A stretch of 64,000 bases of DNA from Schizochytrium sp. TIO01 (lineage: Eukaryota; Protista; Bigyra: Labyrinthulomycetes). The position numbers and the translations under genes are program-made. Shown here one piece after another: positions 48,721-61,739 of the stretch. The notes below the pieces were generated by a model that was not told where the DNA came from, ran no database searches, and saw only the letters and a program-made list of their open reading frames with translations. How positions within the stretch are numbered: position 1 is the stretch's first letter; each line of letters begins with the position of its first letter. Location of the stretch: contig SMSO01000034.1 of the NCBI GenBank assembly GCA_004764695.1, positions 806,001 through 870,000 of the forward strand. The letters are read 5' to 3'.

Positions 48721-50933
48721 TTCATCGTGTGAGAAGTTATGTCAAGAGTAATGCCGAGCCAATGGTTGTCTAGAAAGGAAAAATAAGAGGCTAGAAGAAA
48801 TTTTTGGAAGGCTTTGTAAACTTTGGTTTTGAGGGTTGGTGATCTGCTATTCTTGATATTCAACTCCAACGCAAACCTATTTAAGTTTAAATGAGGAGAC
48901 TGAGACTGGATTCATCTGTATTACAAATAATCGAGGAGGTCGGATGATTTAGTTTCTTCAACCATCAAATTAGCATCCATCATTGTATTGATTATGCATG
49001 TACAATTTCGATTCTTTAAACCCTTGACTTCCCAACTGCGCATCTGGTTGTCTGGTTGTAATCAGATGTGAGCATAATTCCTAAAAGATGCCAAGAAGTC
49101 TAGACATAGCTTGTCCACATGTTTTGTATTCGGAGATCCCAGAAAGTAGAAAGTTGATATAGTTGATATGCAATGAGCCATAGGAAATTTACTAAACTGC
49201 AAACCCAAAATATGATCTTTATCAAGCCTTTGCATTATGTGCAGATAGTTTCCCGCGTTGAACAAAACACGACTCTAAGTGAGCTGAATGTGATTGGCCT
49301 TTACTATCTACTATCAGTTGCTGTCCTAAGAAGAATAAAGCTCTCGCCTTTTGTAATTCTTTGAGCTATTCGCTTGGTCCCTATAAACATAAATTAACCT
49401 CTTTTAAATATTCAGGTCACCACCGAGTATAAGCAACGTGTTCGAAATGAGTTACTCGCATAGGTCAGATTTAATTGCATGAATATTTATAATTTGAGGC
49501 GAGGTTATCCAATCCTGTGACCACAAATGATTAGGCCTAAAAGAGGCAATTGATATTTCTTTAAAACAGAAATCTGACATTTATCATTATACGAAACATC
49601 AAGATAAGCGCTGGAATCTGGTGAGACAAAGTGTAAGATAGCGAGGTACTTTCTGGAGCCCGTTGAGATTGAAATATAAGGTTTAGAACTTTAAAAAAAA
49701 ATGAAAATTGTGCTGGAGGCGAAGAGCTTTCAACTGGAAAGCAGTTTGCAACAACTGAGATGGCATACACAATAGCGAGCAAAAGAAGCCACCCCGAGTG
49801 AAACGCGCTTACAAAGGAACAATGAAAGGGAAATACTAAAATCTTTTTGTCTGCTAAAAAATAGCAACCTCGACGCGAGCAAACCAATTTCAGACCAGGA
49901 GTGAGACAAGCAGTCTTGGCAAGGTCGGCTCGAGCGCCTCCGTGAATCTAAAAGATAGCTTGGGCTAAAGGAGAAGATCTAAGAAAAACCACTGCAAAGG
50001 AAAAGCCTGCTGTAAACAAACCAGAAAAAACTGCGAGGTGAGGTACGCACCTGGAAAGCTAAAGGACAAAGAAACTCTATGGATTCGTGCCGAAGAAAAT
50101 GAGATCGAGCAGATAGACATAAAGCGCACAACCTTGTATCATTGAAATGGTCTCAAGTCGAAACAAAGTAGCGAACAAAATACAGTGTTCTCTGCACTTC
50201 TGTAAATCATTATATCTAACAATCCCTTGCATTTCTAACAAAGTTGGAATTTACCTCTTAGATTGATAGTAAGAAGGTCTTCAAAAGCTAAAATCCAAGC
50301 GCCTTTTTTTCATGTTTTAGGGCAATTTCTGAATGCCAAGTTTAGCTCCAACCCTAGCTAGCAATGCTCATCTCGATTAGCCCATTTACATTTCTGACAA
50401 TAAAATCTTGGAAAATATAAGTAGACATATTGCGTCAGATACAATGACAACAATCCTGGCTAGAAAACATCCGGAAGACGTTCTTGCATGCAGAGAGACA
50501 TTTATACCTGTGCCTAAATATCAGAGCGAAACAACAGATTTTCTATCCAAGATGTACGAAATATTTGGAAAACATCCATCATTGAGAAGACCGAACTTCT
50601 GTATGGCAACCTATCGATATGCTATCACCCGGCAAGATCATATTGTAGCCTATGAAACTTTGGCCAACTACCGTTCACCAAAACCAATAGAGAGTGATTG
50701 AAGTTCTTCTTAATGCGCCTGCAAACATCATCTACTAAAAATTCACCAATAAATATAAACCTCTTCCGGTGTTTTTTTGGGGGAAGGCGCTGAAAGAGGG
50801 TAAAGTTGAATTTAGAAAAGTTGAGGATTTATACTATATCTTGCATGTGCCAATTCATCCTTCCTCGACGATAAAGTTCAAATTCTGGCATAGGTCGCTT
50901 TAATTGAAGTTTATGGCAATGCACGAAGTCTAC

Positions 50934-51344
50934 GCTGAAAGGTGATTCTGGCCAGCTTGAGGTTGACTGTAAAGACGAAGGCAAGGGTTTTGATGAAGGC
51001 TTTAAGAAGGTTAATTTAAGAGTTAGCGAACTTCTGTCCTGGAGAATGAATTCCAGGACAGATGGATTCATGTAGGAATTAGGGAGGTTAAGACATTCTT
51101 GAAAGGTGTTAGAGATAACCGATGGGGTTAGGTCAATTCAACCTTTACAACCATCGATTCAAGTTACACCCTGCTTTGGATGTAGATAATGTGTATTCAC
51201 ACTTTTGGCTCTTGACTTCGGCAGCCACATGAATCTGCCTGCTTGCTGTATTGTAAGCCATATGTCTACTAGGGTTTCACAAAGAGATCCCAAGAACTCT
51301 ATCAATATCTTATCCATGAGTTCCTTTGATTGGAGATCTCAGCA
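50934..51344 (-). repeat. Repeat copy C, right arm of inverted repeat
   Basis: Reverse complement of copy A, differing mostly by transitions. Confidence 0.92.
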
Positions 51345-54300
51345 GTCTAGAAAACATATTTCGTTATGCTGAATATCTAAAATGGGTACCACGGTGTTAC
51401 TTGCATAGCTGAGCTAGATAGCAAAATCTTGTTAATGCAAATCGAGACAGATATGTGATTCAATGATCTTTTATCTATAATGGATCGGATTGGTTTTATA
51501 TTAGCATTAGTTGATTCCGTGTCTTGCTTGATTGTGTTGATCTTCGTTCTATCTGTTTCAAACGAATAGTGCTCTCCGAGAGAATTATTGAAAATCAAAT
51601 AACTTAGTTTATGCAAGAGTGATTCTATAAATTTTTGCAACCTCTGAGCTTAGTTCCTTCATGCTATTTTTGTTGAATATAAGATGAAGGGCAATCAAAT
51701 GATAATGTATATAACGCGTCGTTGTTCCCGAATTTATAGATTCATAACTAATATTGCCTAAACTGTAACTCTGGAGAAACTGAAAATCCAGATCAAGCAT
51801 GTAATCTAAGTCCGAGCAATACATTGCATTAGAAAGGGGCTAGAATGTCTATGCTACTTGCAAGGTGCGCTTATCAATTCACGCCAAGCAAAACAATAAG
51901 GAATCAAATATAGCACGGAGCTACACGGCATTTTATATGAATGGTCTAATTAAAAGAATTATGCCTGCTCTATGTAATGCACAAGCTGCCGTAAGAACTT
52001 GTAGAATGAATTTGAGCAGGTTGCTGATCAAGGATATTGCTATATAGCAGGGTACCCTGCACCCTGCACCCCCCTTCGCATTAAAGCGGTTAATAATTTT
52101 GAGATTGATCTCCTCTTCTTCGTTTTTGCAGAGCAATTTTGAACGGTTGCAGTATCCAATGTTTGAATTAAATGGCTTGGGTGATCGTTCTGATCCAATT
52201 AGGTGCACCTTGCAGAGCAAGGCATGTCATTTGCAATTGCGTTCACTTCGACTGTGAATAAAATAATTCTAAAATTAGAATAATCTGCCCAGAAAATAGA
52301 TAGAAGATAAATGATAAAAGATAGTTATGAAAACTTAGATTTTGTGTGGAGCTAGCTAGAGCTTCTGATGAGTTGAAAAGTCAAAAGATACATGATATAC
52401 CGAATAAGCAATACGGCTGCCAGGCGTTGGTATACCGTTGCCCCACTCTATTTGTATCGCTGAAATATCAGATGTGCGATTTCACGGCCATTCGAATTGA
52501 ACAAGAAAAGCCTCACTGACAAATCTGATCCGGGGTTGTTTGGCTCTTTTGCTACTGGGGATAGCGAAGGGAAAATTTAATTTAGGTATCCCCTATCAAA
52601 GAAGAGAAGAGACATCTTTATCTCTTTGAATGTCGAAAACTTTCCCCAGAGTCCCTCCCCACGACGATGTGCTTTCCATATTCGGCCCGAGAAATTTGAT
52701 GGACATGGATTGATGTAGGGCTAGGGCAATTTTGATGGAGCTGTTCAAAATCAGAGGACGAAGGTTGAGTCGATGAGATGTTTGTGTTTCGGACGCGCTT
52801 ATCATCTTGCTACGTACTTGAATGAAGATACACGCAATGCAAGATAACCCGGGCCCATTTAAATACTAGGAAGGACTTCTACCGAATCACCTTGCAGTAC
52901 TTACTCTGTTGAAACTTACATAATTGTTGTTTTTTGTTGCTGTTGTTGAGATAACAGGGATGGGACTGTCAAAACAAAGCTCGAGACATGCGAGTTGTTT
53001 CTTCGAGGGTTCACGTTGAGGCATTTGCGATATAGTTAGTACACAACTAGTAGATAGAAGATTGAGTAGACGAGATGATAAACCACTCACTCCTCTATGG
53101 ATGGTTTCGAATCCAGCTTATCCCTACTACCACGAATATCTCGCGCCTAGGACTAATAACAATCAGTTTCTTTGAAGCCGAGTAGAGCATGGCTACACGA
53201 TAAAAAGAGGTAGGCTCCTCTATGCCTCTCGTGTGGGTAAAGTTGAGCTCGTCGCTTGGCGTAACAGAATGTGAACAGAACATTCGCGTGGATACTGTAG
53301 AGAGGTAAGGGGCGTATACACCGGTGTCACGTCGCACATTATTATGTTTCACTCACTGTAGCAACTGCTTTTTTTCTTATCGTGATTGAAAAGAATCGCA
53401 TTGATTTCCACTGCTGTTCCGAAACCCCAGTGGCGCTTCCATATTCGCTACCCACTCTCAAAATTGTCATATGGCTACTTTAAAGTTAATATCATACCTG
53501 GGGGACTCTAACAGAAACTCAGAGGATATTGCAGCTTACCTGGTACCATGTCTCGAAAAGAAGAAAACTTCATTTTTCTTTTTTAAAGAAATCCACGTCG
53601 CTTCATCATCAAACAAATCCTGATGCGAAGTAGCAATAACAAATGCCATTTTCGAAATGAGCCACTAAAGTTGTTCTCCGTGAAAGGATCCAAGTTTATA
53701 AAATTAAAAATTAAAATTAAAAAAAAAAAAAAAGGAAAAAGAAGAAGAGCATTTAAAAAGAACGATCAGTGGGGAAAAGGAACACCGATTGCAACAATAA
53801 CTGCGTTCACTGTGAACCGTCAAGACTGCTCAAGTGTTTCTTTTTGACTATCTTTATGCCGATTCTTCAATATACTACGCCTAAGTTCGTGGTTCAAGTG
53901 CAGCCCAGAGCATCAACTCCTTGTTCATGAGCCGTTCGAGGTTCTCGTTTTTTCTAATTGCAGAGCTCGAATTTCCACTTTCTCACTTTCCATGTCTACT
54001 GCACACTACCTATAAATAAATATATATATATATATATATATATCGTATATCGCCATTTTCCATAACAAGTAAAGTAATGAACACTCGAACTTGCTTGCAA
54101 AGAAGAAGACGAAGAAGACACGCACAAAGCCCCGGAAAGAGCGCCAAGAGGTCCTCTCTTTCCATTGCTTCGCAGCAAAGCAAGCAGCACGCCCATGGTT
54201 ACCTCTCCGGGTTTTTATATAAAGCACAGGAGCTCGAAGATAAGATCGTCGCTCCTGAACGCAACGAAGAAAGCGGCGCCCAAATAAATTACTTAACCCA

Positions 54301-54429
54301 ACAAAACTCGCGCAACTAGTAAGACCAACAGTAAGACTCACAATAGGATTAACAATAGGACTGACAAGAAGACGAAGAAGAAGAAGTTAGAGGTAGAACA
54401 GAACCGCTTTTCTTCTGCTGCCCATCCCA

Positions 54430-54720
54430 ATCTCTCTGCGCAGGCAGGCAGGCAGGCAGGCAGGCACAGGCGGGCGGGCGGGCGGGCAGGCATGTACGCC
54501 GCTCTCCGCCGGAGCGCGAGGCGCGGAGCCCTCCTCGCCGCTCGCCGCCTTCCATCCGCTGCCCCACCTGCTCCGGCCGCCACTCATCGCCTCCCCAGGG
54601 CTCCCCAGCGCCTGCCCCGCCGCCGTAGGCCTCCACTAAGACGCGCTAGGCGCCGAGGTGCGCGCGGGGTATTCCTGCCCCGCCTCCCTCCCCGCGAGAA
54701 CCTTCCTCTTCGCTCAACCG
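54430..54720. promoter_or_regulatory. GC-rich island with (CAGG)n and (CGGG)4; nearby TATA-like ctttatataaaaa on the minus strand at ~54213-54225
   Basis: Composition and motifs are visible; function inferred. Confidence 0.3.
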
Positions 54721-54941
54721 TCGAGGCTTCAGAGGCTTCGTTCGCATCGATTGATCGATCGATCGATCGATTGATCGATTGATTGATGGATTATTTATTT
54801 ATTTATTTATTTATTCCATCGTCGCTCACTCAGCGATCGATTGAATATTTATTTATTTATTTATTTATTTATTCTTCCGCTCACTCAGCGATCGATGGAT
54901 CGATCGAGCTCGCTTGCTTGCTTGCTTGCTTGATTAGCTAT

Positions 54942-55310
54942 TGCTTTCTTGGTGAGCTGTTGCTTTCTTGGTTAGCTTTTGCTATTGCTTTCTTGGTTAG
55001 CTTTTGCTATTGCTTTCTTGGTTAGCTGTTGCTTTTTTGTTTTGCTTTAGCTGTTGCTTTCTTGGTTGACTTTTGCTTTCTTGGTTAGCTTTAGCTTTAT
55101 CTTGGTTAGCTTTAGCTTTAGCTTTTGTATTCTTGGTTGGCTTTAGCTTTTGCATTCTTGGTTGGCTTTGCATTCTTGGTTGGCTTTCGCTTTCTTGGTT
55201 GGCTTTCGCTTTCTTGGTTGGCTTTCGCTTGCTCGCTTGCTTGGATGTTCGCTTTCTTGGTTGGCTTTCGCTTGCTCGCTTGCTTGGATGTTCGCTTGCT
55301 TGGACGCTTG
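54942..55310. repeat. Degenerate minisatellite, ~14 units with core GCTTTCTTGGTT(A/G)GCTTT
   Basis: Directly visible tandem units, mostly 18-25 bp, that change gradually along the array. Confidence 0.9.
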
Positions 55311-56069
55311 GCTGCTCGTGCACGCTTCTCTCGACGCTCTGCCCGTGGCTTTGCAGGTGACGTCCGCCTGTCTCGAAGGACTCGCGCAGGTTTCTCATGG
55401 AGGGCTTACAGGGGGAGGAGGGCTTACAGGGAGGAGGGCTTACAGCAGCACGGTTCGTGATTGGGGCCGCAGACTCTTCTCTTCAGGGAGGGCAGCCCAC
55501 GCACGGAGAGTGCTCGCAGCTCTGGGGGAGTTTACCACGAGACCACGAAGAAAGAATATCGCTTTCTCGCGCACACACACAAAGACTCAATCACTTCGAA
55601 GAGTAATGCTTTGCTTTAACTGAGTCGCGTCGGGTTAGGCTAAGTGAAGTGGCCGAGAGGCCCAAGGTGATCAAAACATGCGGAGGGTCACCACTGTGCT
55701 GAGGGTAGGACTCGGAACTGACTTGTTGAAAGAAAGGGGTCAAGTGCAACAATACCCACGGCTTGGAGGCCTGAGCTATCGAGCCTAGCTAGCTGTGGCT
55801 GGTAGTGACAGGGGCTCGCCTTGTTTAGAACGCTGTGAGGACCGTGGTGGGATGCCTGCCAGATGCAACCAGTCGAAAGATCGGTGGTTCTTACTAACGT
55901 TGAATATGGGATGCGCAACAGAATAATTAGCAAGTCAATTGCAGTTCGTGGTGGCCAGCGTTTTTATTCTTGTCTGTATCATTATATTATTATTGTTGAA
56001 ATTTATGTATAAAAGAAAAATCTCATTATTTTTCAATTACTTACTTTTCAAGTTTTAGAACCAACATTT

Positions 56070-56102
<33 letters not shown>

Positions 56103-58625
56103 TGAAATGAAATAAAGTAAAGTAAAAAAGTGTGCGCTGGAGACGAAAGAAGGTAAATCAATAAATGAATAAATACACGAGGTCGAGTTTCGTTTATAGT
56201 CCTGGATATCTCTTCTTTCACTCCAATAGTGCCCGACATTATTTGTGCAAAATCGTTCGGAAATCATATGCTATGAGTTGCTCAGGAACAAATCTATTTC
56301 AGCCGTGCAAGGTATTCACTCCAGATAAATCGAACCATTTTCACGGATTGCGACAAACAAGTCGAACAGAGATAGAGAAAACGCCGACTATAGGCCAGGG
56401 AGCATTAGAATTAACTCAGCACTTGGCTTCTTTTTCGCTATAATTCACAACGTAATGTAGCAACCCTGATTATTACCAAGGAAACCCATGACTCAGAAGT
56501 ATCCTACCATGGTGAATGGACTATCGTCATGTTGTCATTCTTGTCCATCAAATGCCGTCTCCGCGAGATAGCTAGGTGCTACCACAAATATCAAAAGTTT
56601 TACATAAGACTCTCTGAAGACCAATCAATAGATATAGGGTAACTTGGTTGTGTTTCAAGGATGGGAGCATTTGTTTCTGCAAATAATTGGTGTCTCGGTA
56701 CAGGACTGCTTAAATTCTCCAGGCGCCATTTAAGTAAAACTGAGAGTCACCGAACAGAGTTACAGAGTTGACTTGACTTGCTAAATGGCTAATCAAGGTT
56801 CTCAGATTTTCACAGAGCAAGAGAACCTCCGCACAATGGAAATGTTATCAAATTGTTGGTTTTCAAGTTGGGGTCGTTAGTAGAAGCTGCGAACTTGTCG
56901 AATGAGTGAACTCCACCTAGCATGTAGATGTCACATTGTTTCACTATTAGCGTATGCTAGCCAAAAGTGCTTATCATCTTTCCCTCTACCTCCGGAGATA
57001 GAGGCCAGCAAAAAATTAAAAGCAGTTGGTGATTAGGACGTAGAATTCAACCAATGCAGAGACTTTAGACTTTAGGCGTTAGATTACCTTTTACAAAGCA
57101 TTCGTGTTATGCTAGGCCTTGTTATCTATTGCATGGGCTTGTGGGATTCTACCGTGATTTCATAGGAAGGGACCTTTTGAAAACAAAAAAGCTCAAAGTT
57201 TGCCACTGAAGTATTCACTGAGCGACAGTAAGACAAGCGTTTGATCGCCCATTTTGTTTGTTTGTTTGCAGAGATGCATCATCATCAGCAAAGTCCCCAT
57301 TTTTCTTGTGTTTTCGTAGAAAAAATATCAGCTCTAGCAAAAGCAACAAAGGTCAGGGGAAGTTAAAGACTGAATGAAAATTCCTAAATAAAAGACTGAA
57401 TTAGGAGCATGCACCAGTACCAAAACAGCAAGCCGAGAGGGGCGGGTTTTAGCACTCTTTGAGTGATGGGATGTTCATTCTGCACGGCGTGCTTGCCTGC
57501 TTGAGGACTGATGTGAAGTCATTGAATTATACCACTCAGGGATACTGACATTATCTTTGCCTCCTGATACCGGCCTATGTGCCCTTTGCTAATGTTGCAA
57601 ATATTTATAGAAGATAACTCAAGTATTCTCCTATCTCACAAAACTGAGAATAGAATTTGTAGCTGCCTCGCTCTTGTTCACTATGCTAGTGGTGGTCCTC
57701 TTTGGTGATCATCAGCTTCTGCATGAGCATTATAGCTGCGAATAACATGATGCGCTGAGGGTATAGTACGATACCATTCATTGTGCAACCAGTTGATTCT
57801 CTATTTTAGAATACGACATAGAAGTGCCCATTTCTTCAAGAGGGCTCACTAGTACCTGCTGCTATCACAACTTCCACGGTAGTCCGCAGGGGTCCGGAGA
57901 GAAAAGAATGGACAGAAAAGTAACAGCATCCATTCACTCATCCAAAGTCACCTCTATTAGGGTATAGGCTAATAAATTCATTCTCTAGAGGTGGGCAGGT
58001 ACCCACTACTTTTATCATCTTACAAGTTTTATTCTCTTATCTAATCAGAGTTTCTGCTGGAGTCGACCTGCTGATCTCCTCCGACTCTCAGCAGGAAAAA
58101 ACACAGCTCTCGCGCGTGGCAAGATTTCCGTTGCACAGTTTGATAGCTACGAGTCGGAGTGTCGTTGCAAAGTGCGGGCGTAAAGTATTGTAATACCTAG
58201 CCTAGTGCTCATCTTTCTAGACACCCATGTCTTTCTTAACTTCGGCTTGCTTCTGCAATGCAGCTTATGCAGCTTATGTATGTTGCTTGTGGTTCTCAAA
58301 CAAGCAGCTAGGGATCGAAAAAACTAATCATCTCAGGGCATTCTGATAGGTGCTTGCTTGCTTTGTTTTGCTTTACTTTGCTTGCCACATACGTATCATC
58401 TTGAAACCCACGACTGCAGTTCGTGGCAGCAGACCCAATCTACGCTACTCTAGAGGTAGTGCTCATACTTGCTAATTTATACTTCCTGAGAAACAGCGCA
58501 TTAATAACCAAGCAAAGCTATTCTAAAAAGTTTCACTGTAACATCGATCTCTTCATCATAGTCACGGACCGAATACTGCGAAACAGTTGCATAGATTTTG
58601 TGAAGTTTTATGTTACCTAGAATAA

Positions 58626-58665
<40 letters not shown>

Positions 58666-58667
58666 AA
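58626..58667. repeat. (AAAG)n microsatellite (similar runs at ~26236, 29600, 32822, 63896)
   Basis: Directly visible. Confidence 0.95.
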
Positions 58668-59624
58668 CAGTTTGTTTGGCACTTCAGAATGTGCGCAAGA
58701 TGATAGAATCACAAAGCGAAGCTCGTCGCGGGTACCCACAGTGAGCTCTCATTGCCCTATGGTCAGCAGCCTTGCTGTGAAGCCACATTAATCAGCTTGA
58801 GCTGGTTTCACAATACCTGGGCTGCCTGTGTTGTTGCTTCTCTTACATTCAGGTAGCCCGTTTTACAAGTAATCATTTTCATCCATCTGAAACAGCCTGA
58901 ACCTTCAAGTTCAAGTTGAAAATGAAACTAAGAAAAACTTTGAAGCTTGTAGGTTTTATTTTTTAATATATTTTTATTATTTAAAATGTAAAAATAAGTA
59001 GAACTCTAGAGTTAAAAAAAATGGAAAAACATGAAAACACGTAAAAATGTAAAAAATGTAGAATGAAATGATACATACCTGCCACTAGCGCATTCTATCT
59101 TTATTGCTAGTTGGTGTTTTGGGTTTTCAAACTGGGCGGCTCTAAAGAATGAGAACTGCTATACCTCTTACCTACCTAAGAATACCCTGTACTGTATGTA
59201 ATAACTGCTTCAGCTACACTCGCTTCCAAACTACCTTCATAATTTCGAGCAAGACCAGCTTGACCTTGAAAGCGGGTCGAGGAATGTGTCCCTTCTCCAT
59301 AAAGTCTTCCCACCCCCTATTATAAATCAATCCTTCGGCCTATAAGCCACGACGGTTTGTTTGCTCAGACTTCTTGCTATAATTGTAATGCACCACAAGG
59401 CAATCTATCATCTATCTACCCATATGACTGAAGTTGGCGTACTATCTTATGAGAGATGAGATTCCTGCGGTCGCACACATTCGGACCTGATCACCTCATG
59501 CTCCACAGTGTATTGGTAGGGAGGTACCTATCCTCTCCTACTTGCTGACTAGCTTGAGCAGGCGCAAGACCATGGAAGGTGATGCAATGCTGTCAATCTG
59601 ACAGCTCCAGAAATAAGTTTTTGA

Positions 59625-59870
59625 GTGAATGAGCGAATGCGTGAATGTATGGATGTTTGTATGTATAAATGAGTGATGAGCGAATGCATGGAGATCTGTA
59701 TGCATTAATGTATGAATGTATGAGTGTATGAATGTATGAATGTATGAATGTATGAATGTATGAATGTATGTATTGTATGGATGTTAGCATGTATAAATGA
59801 GTGATGAGTGAATGTATGAATGTATGAATGTATGAATGTGAATGTATGAATGTATGAATGTATGATTGGA
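59625..59870. repeat. Degenerate (TGAATGTA)n octamer satellite
   Basis: Directly visible. Confidence 0.9.
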
Positions 59871-61739
59871 TATATTATATATATATTTGTGAATGTACTT
59901 AAGCCTATCTATCTCTATCGCTGCTTTTGCTTTGACAAGGATTAAAGTCATCTAATGGGCACCTCACTTCCGAGTCCTACCACAGGTCCTACATGCCATC
60001 TACCTTACTGCGCTCCTCCATCAAGAGTATTAGTGGGATAGCAGCAGTAGCAGTGAGTGTAGTACCCATCGCTTCTGTCTCTCGCCTCTCCCAACGGTGC
60101 TACTCAGGAGGTAGAAAGTCTTACTCTATCCCCGCGTTCCCGGGTGCCTTATTGGATTGGAAATCTCAATTTTGAATTCCACGCGTGCAACCGCCCCGGG
60201 AAAAAATGACCAGCATGCCCTTTTTCTTTTTAGATACTGGGGAAAGAGAAAAGTTAGCTGTTGCAAAAAATTCTTTCAAAATTAAAAACAGAACACTTTA
60301 AACGTTTTTAAACGTTTTTAAAATAAAATAAAAATAAAATAAAACTATTTTCAAATTAAAAGTAAACTAAAGAACACAAAAAGAACACTGATAAAATGTA
60401 TGTATGTATTCATGTTTTATGCTCTCCCATGAATGAAGTCGTCGTGAGTTGCGAGCTTCGTTTAGGTTATCGCAAGAGGTGACTTCGCTGCAACTGAATG
60501 ATGCGTGGATTCATCCCTGACAATGGAGCACTCACAATTGATTTTTCCCACGACGAATTCCCGTTGCGTACGTAAGTCGTAGCTACCTCCTTTCTTGGAG
60601 CTTGCTTCAAGCCATCCCCAAATTCATCCTCAACTTCACCTTCTTCTTCAAGTTCTTCTTCAAGTTCTTGGACAGAATCGAAGCTTTGCTTTTGACAGTG
60701 CACAAGAAGGTCTGTCGAGCTTCTTCTGTACATTGCATCCCACCCCCCTCCAGAATGCGCCAAGACACCACGAGTTGGAAACGCATCAGCATTATGCCGT
60801 GCATGCCATGGCGAGCGCCTCTTTTAGGCCCTTTGCTGCGCTTGGAGTTTCACCGCAACGCACTCCAAAAGGCGCTTGCTTGTAAAGCCCATGGAGGCGA
60901 GGAAAATCAATCAATCAATGAATCGATCAACGAAGCACACAATGAAACCAAGCATCGACGAATGAAGCAACTGTCCGTCGAAAAGGCACTCTTCGGTCAT
61001 GCTTCAGCTTTCCCGCGCAGCACTGCGTTGAAGGCACCCGATAAGCAAAAGCCGCAAAGCTGCAGTTGAATAGATGGAGGAATAAGTTAGAGATGAATAG
61101 ATAAATAGATAAGTATATATATATATAGAGAGAGAGAGATCAGGCAGAATCGTCCCTCGAATTGGCGGCGATTGACGCGTGCTTCGTCAGCCTCCGCAGC
61201 GAAATGAAGAGATCGTCGGCGGGCTCGCTCTCCCGTGGAAAGGAGCTCCTGAGCCGCCGCCCTTTGGGGGCCTCTCCATCGCATACGCCTCCCTCGCCCG
61301 CCACCAAGAACCTGGCGTGGAACCCAACTCGAAGACGGAGTGGGTGTGCACTGTCTGTAAAGAATCATCCCACCAATATATATGTGTATATCTAATATAT
61401 GTATATATACATATATATAAGTATATGTGAATGTGAAGAACCTCTAATTCCACCATGAATTTGCGATATGATGTATATGCATAGAACATGTCCACCTGCA
61501 GATCAACCAATCAATCAATCAATCGATCAATCAAGCAATCATCCATCCATCGGTCCAGGCATCTCGCGCACAGACCAACCAGCCTCCAGAGGCATCCGCA
61601 AGAGCACGCAGCTGCGGCGTCCATTGCAGCTCTTGGAGTTCTTTCTGCACATAATGCCTCTATGGTGTGTGTTTGTACGGTATCTGTACGATATCTTCGT
61701 CTCTTGAGACCTTGGATGCGCTCTTCTAATCCATCCTCA

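Larger units (their letters stand above)
46570..52050. pseudogene. Cluster of decayed leucine-rich-repeat gene fragments on both strands
   Basis: Broken LRR motifs: MDSFSLESCPVLNLP (47958+), LICLQELYLGN (48059+), FKPLTSQLRIWLSGCNQ (49015+), EIPES (49133), IGN/TKLQT (49180, frameshift), IFGKHPSLRRPNF (50561), NFGQLP (50656), minus-strand MKELS/RGCKNL (~51630-51663, frameshift). Internal homologous segments; many stops. Confidence 0.65.

Noticed and set aside
47080-51344. Inverted repeat as terminal inverted repeats of a DNA transposon
   Set aside because: No transposase or target-site duplication seen, a third direct copy lies inside, and the arms look like LRR coding debris
53060-53130. B-box-like ggtttcgaatcc
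   Set aside because: No cloverleaf could be built; at most a degenerate remnant
54942-55398. CRISPR-like array, or repetitive KANQES protein (ORF 54997..55398)
   Set aside because: No unique spacers, no cas genes, eukaryotic context; unit lengths do not preserve frame
55642-55720. tRNA-Ser/Leu-like 5' end (gtgaagtggccgagaggcccaagg)
   Set aside because: No anticodon stem, T-loop or acceptor pairing follows
60467-61069. Overlapping ORFs of 98 aa (-) and 155 aa (+)
   Set aside because: Driven by a (TTC)-rich low-complexity stretch; no recognisable motifs
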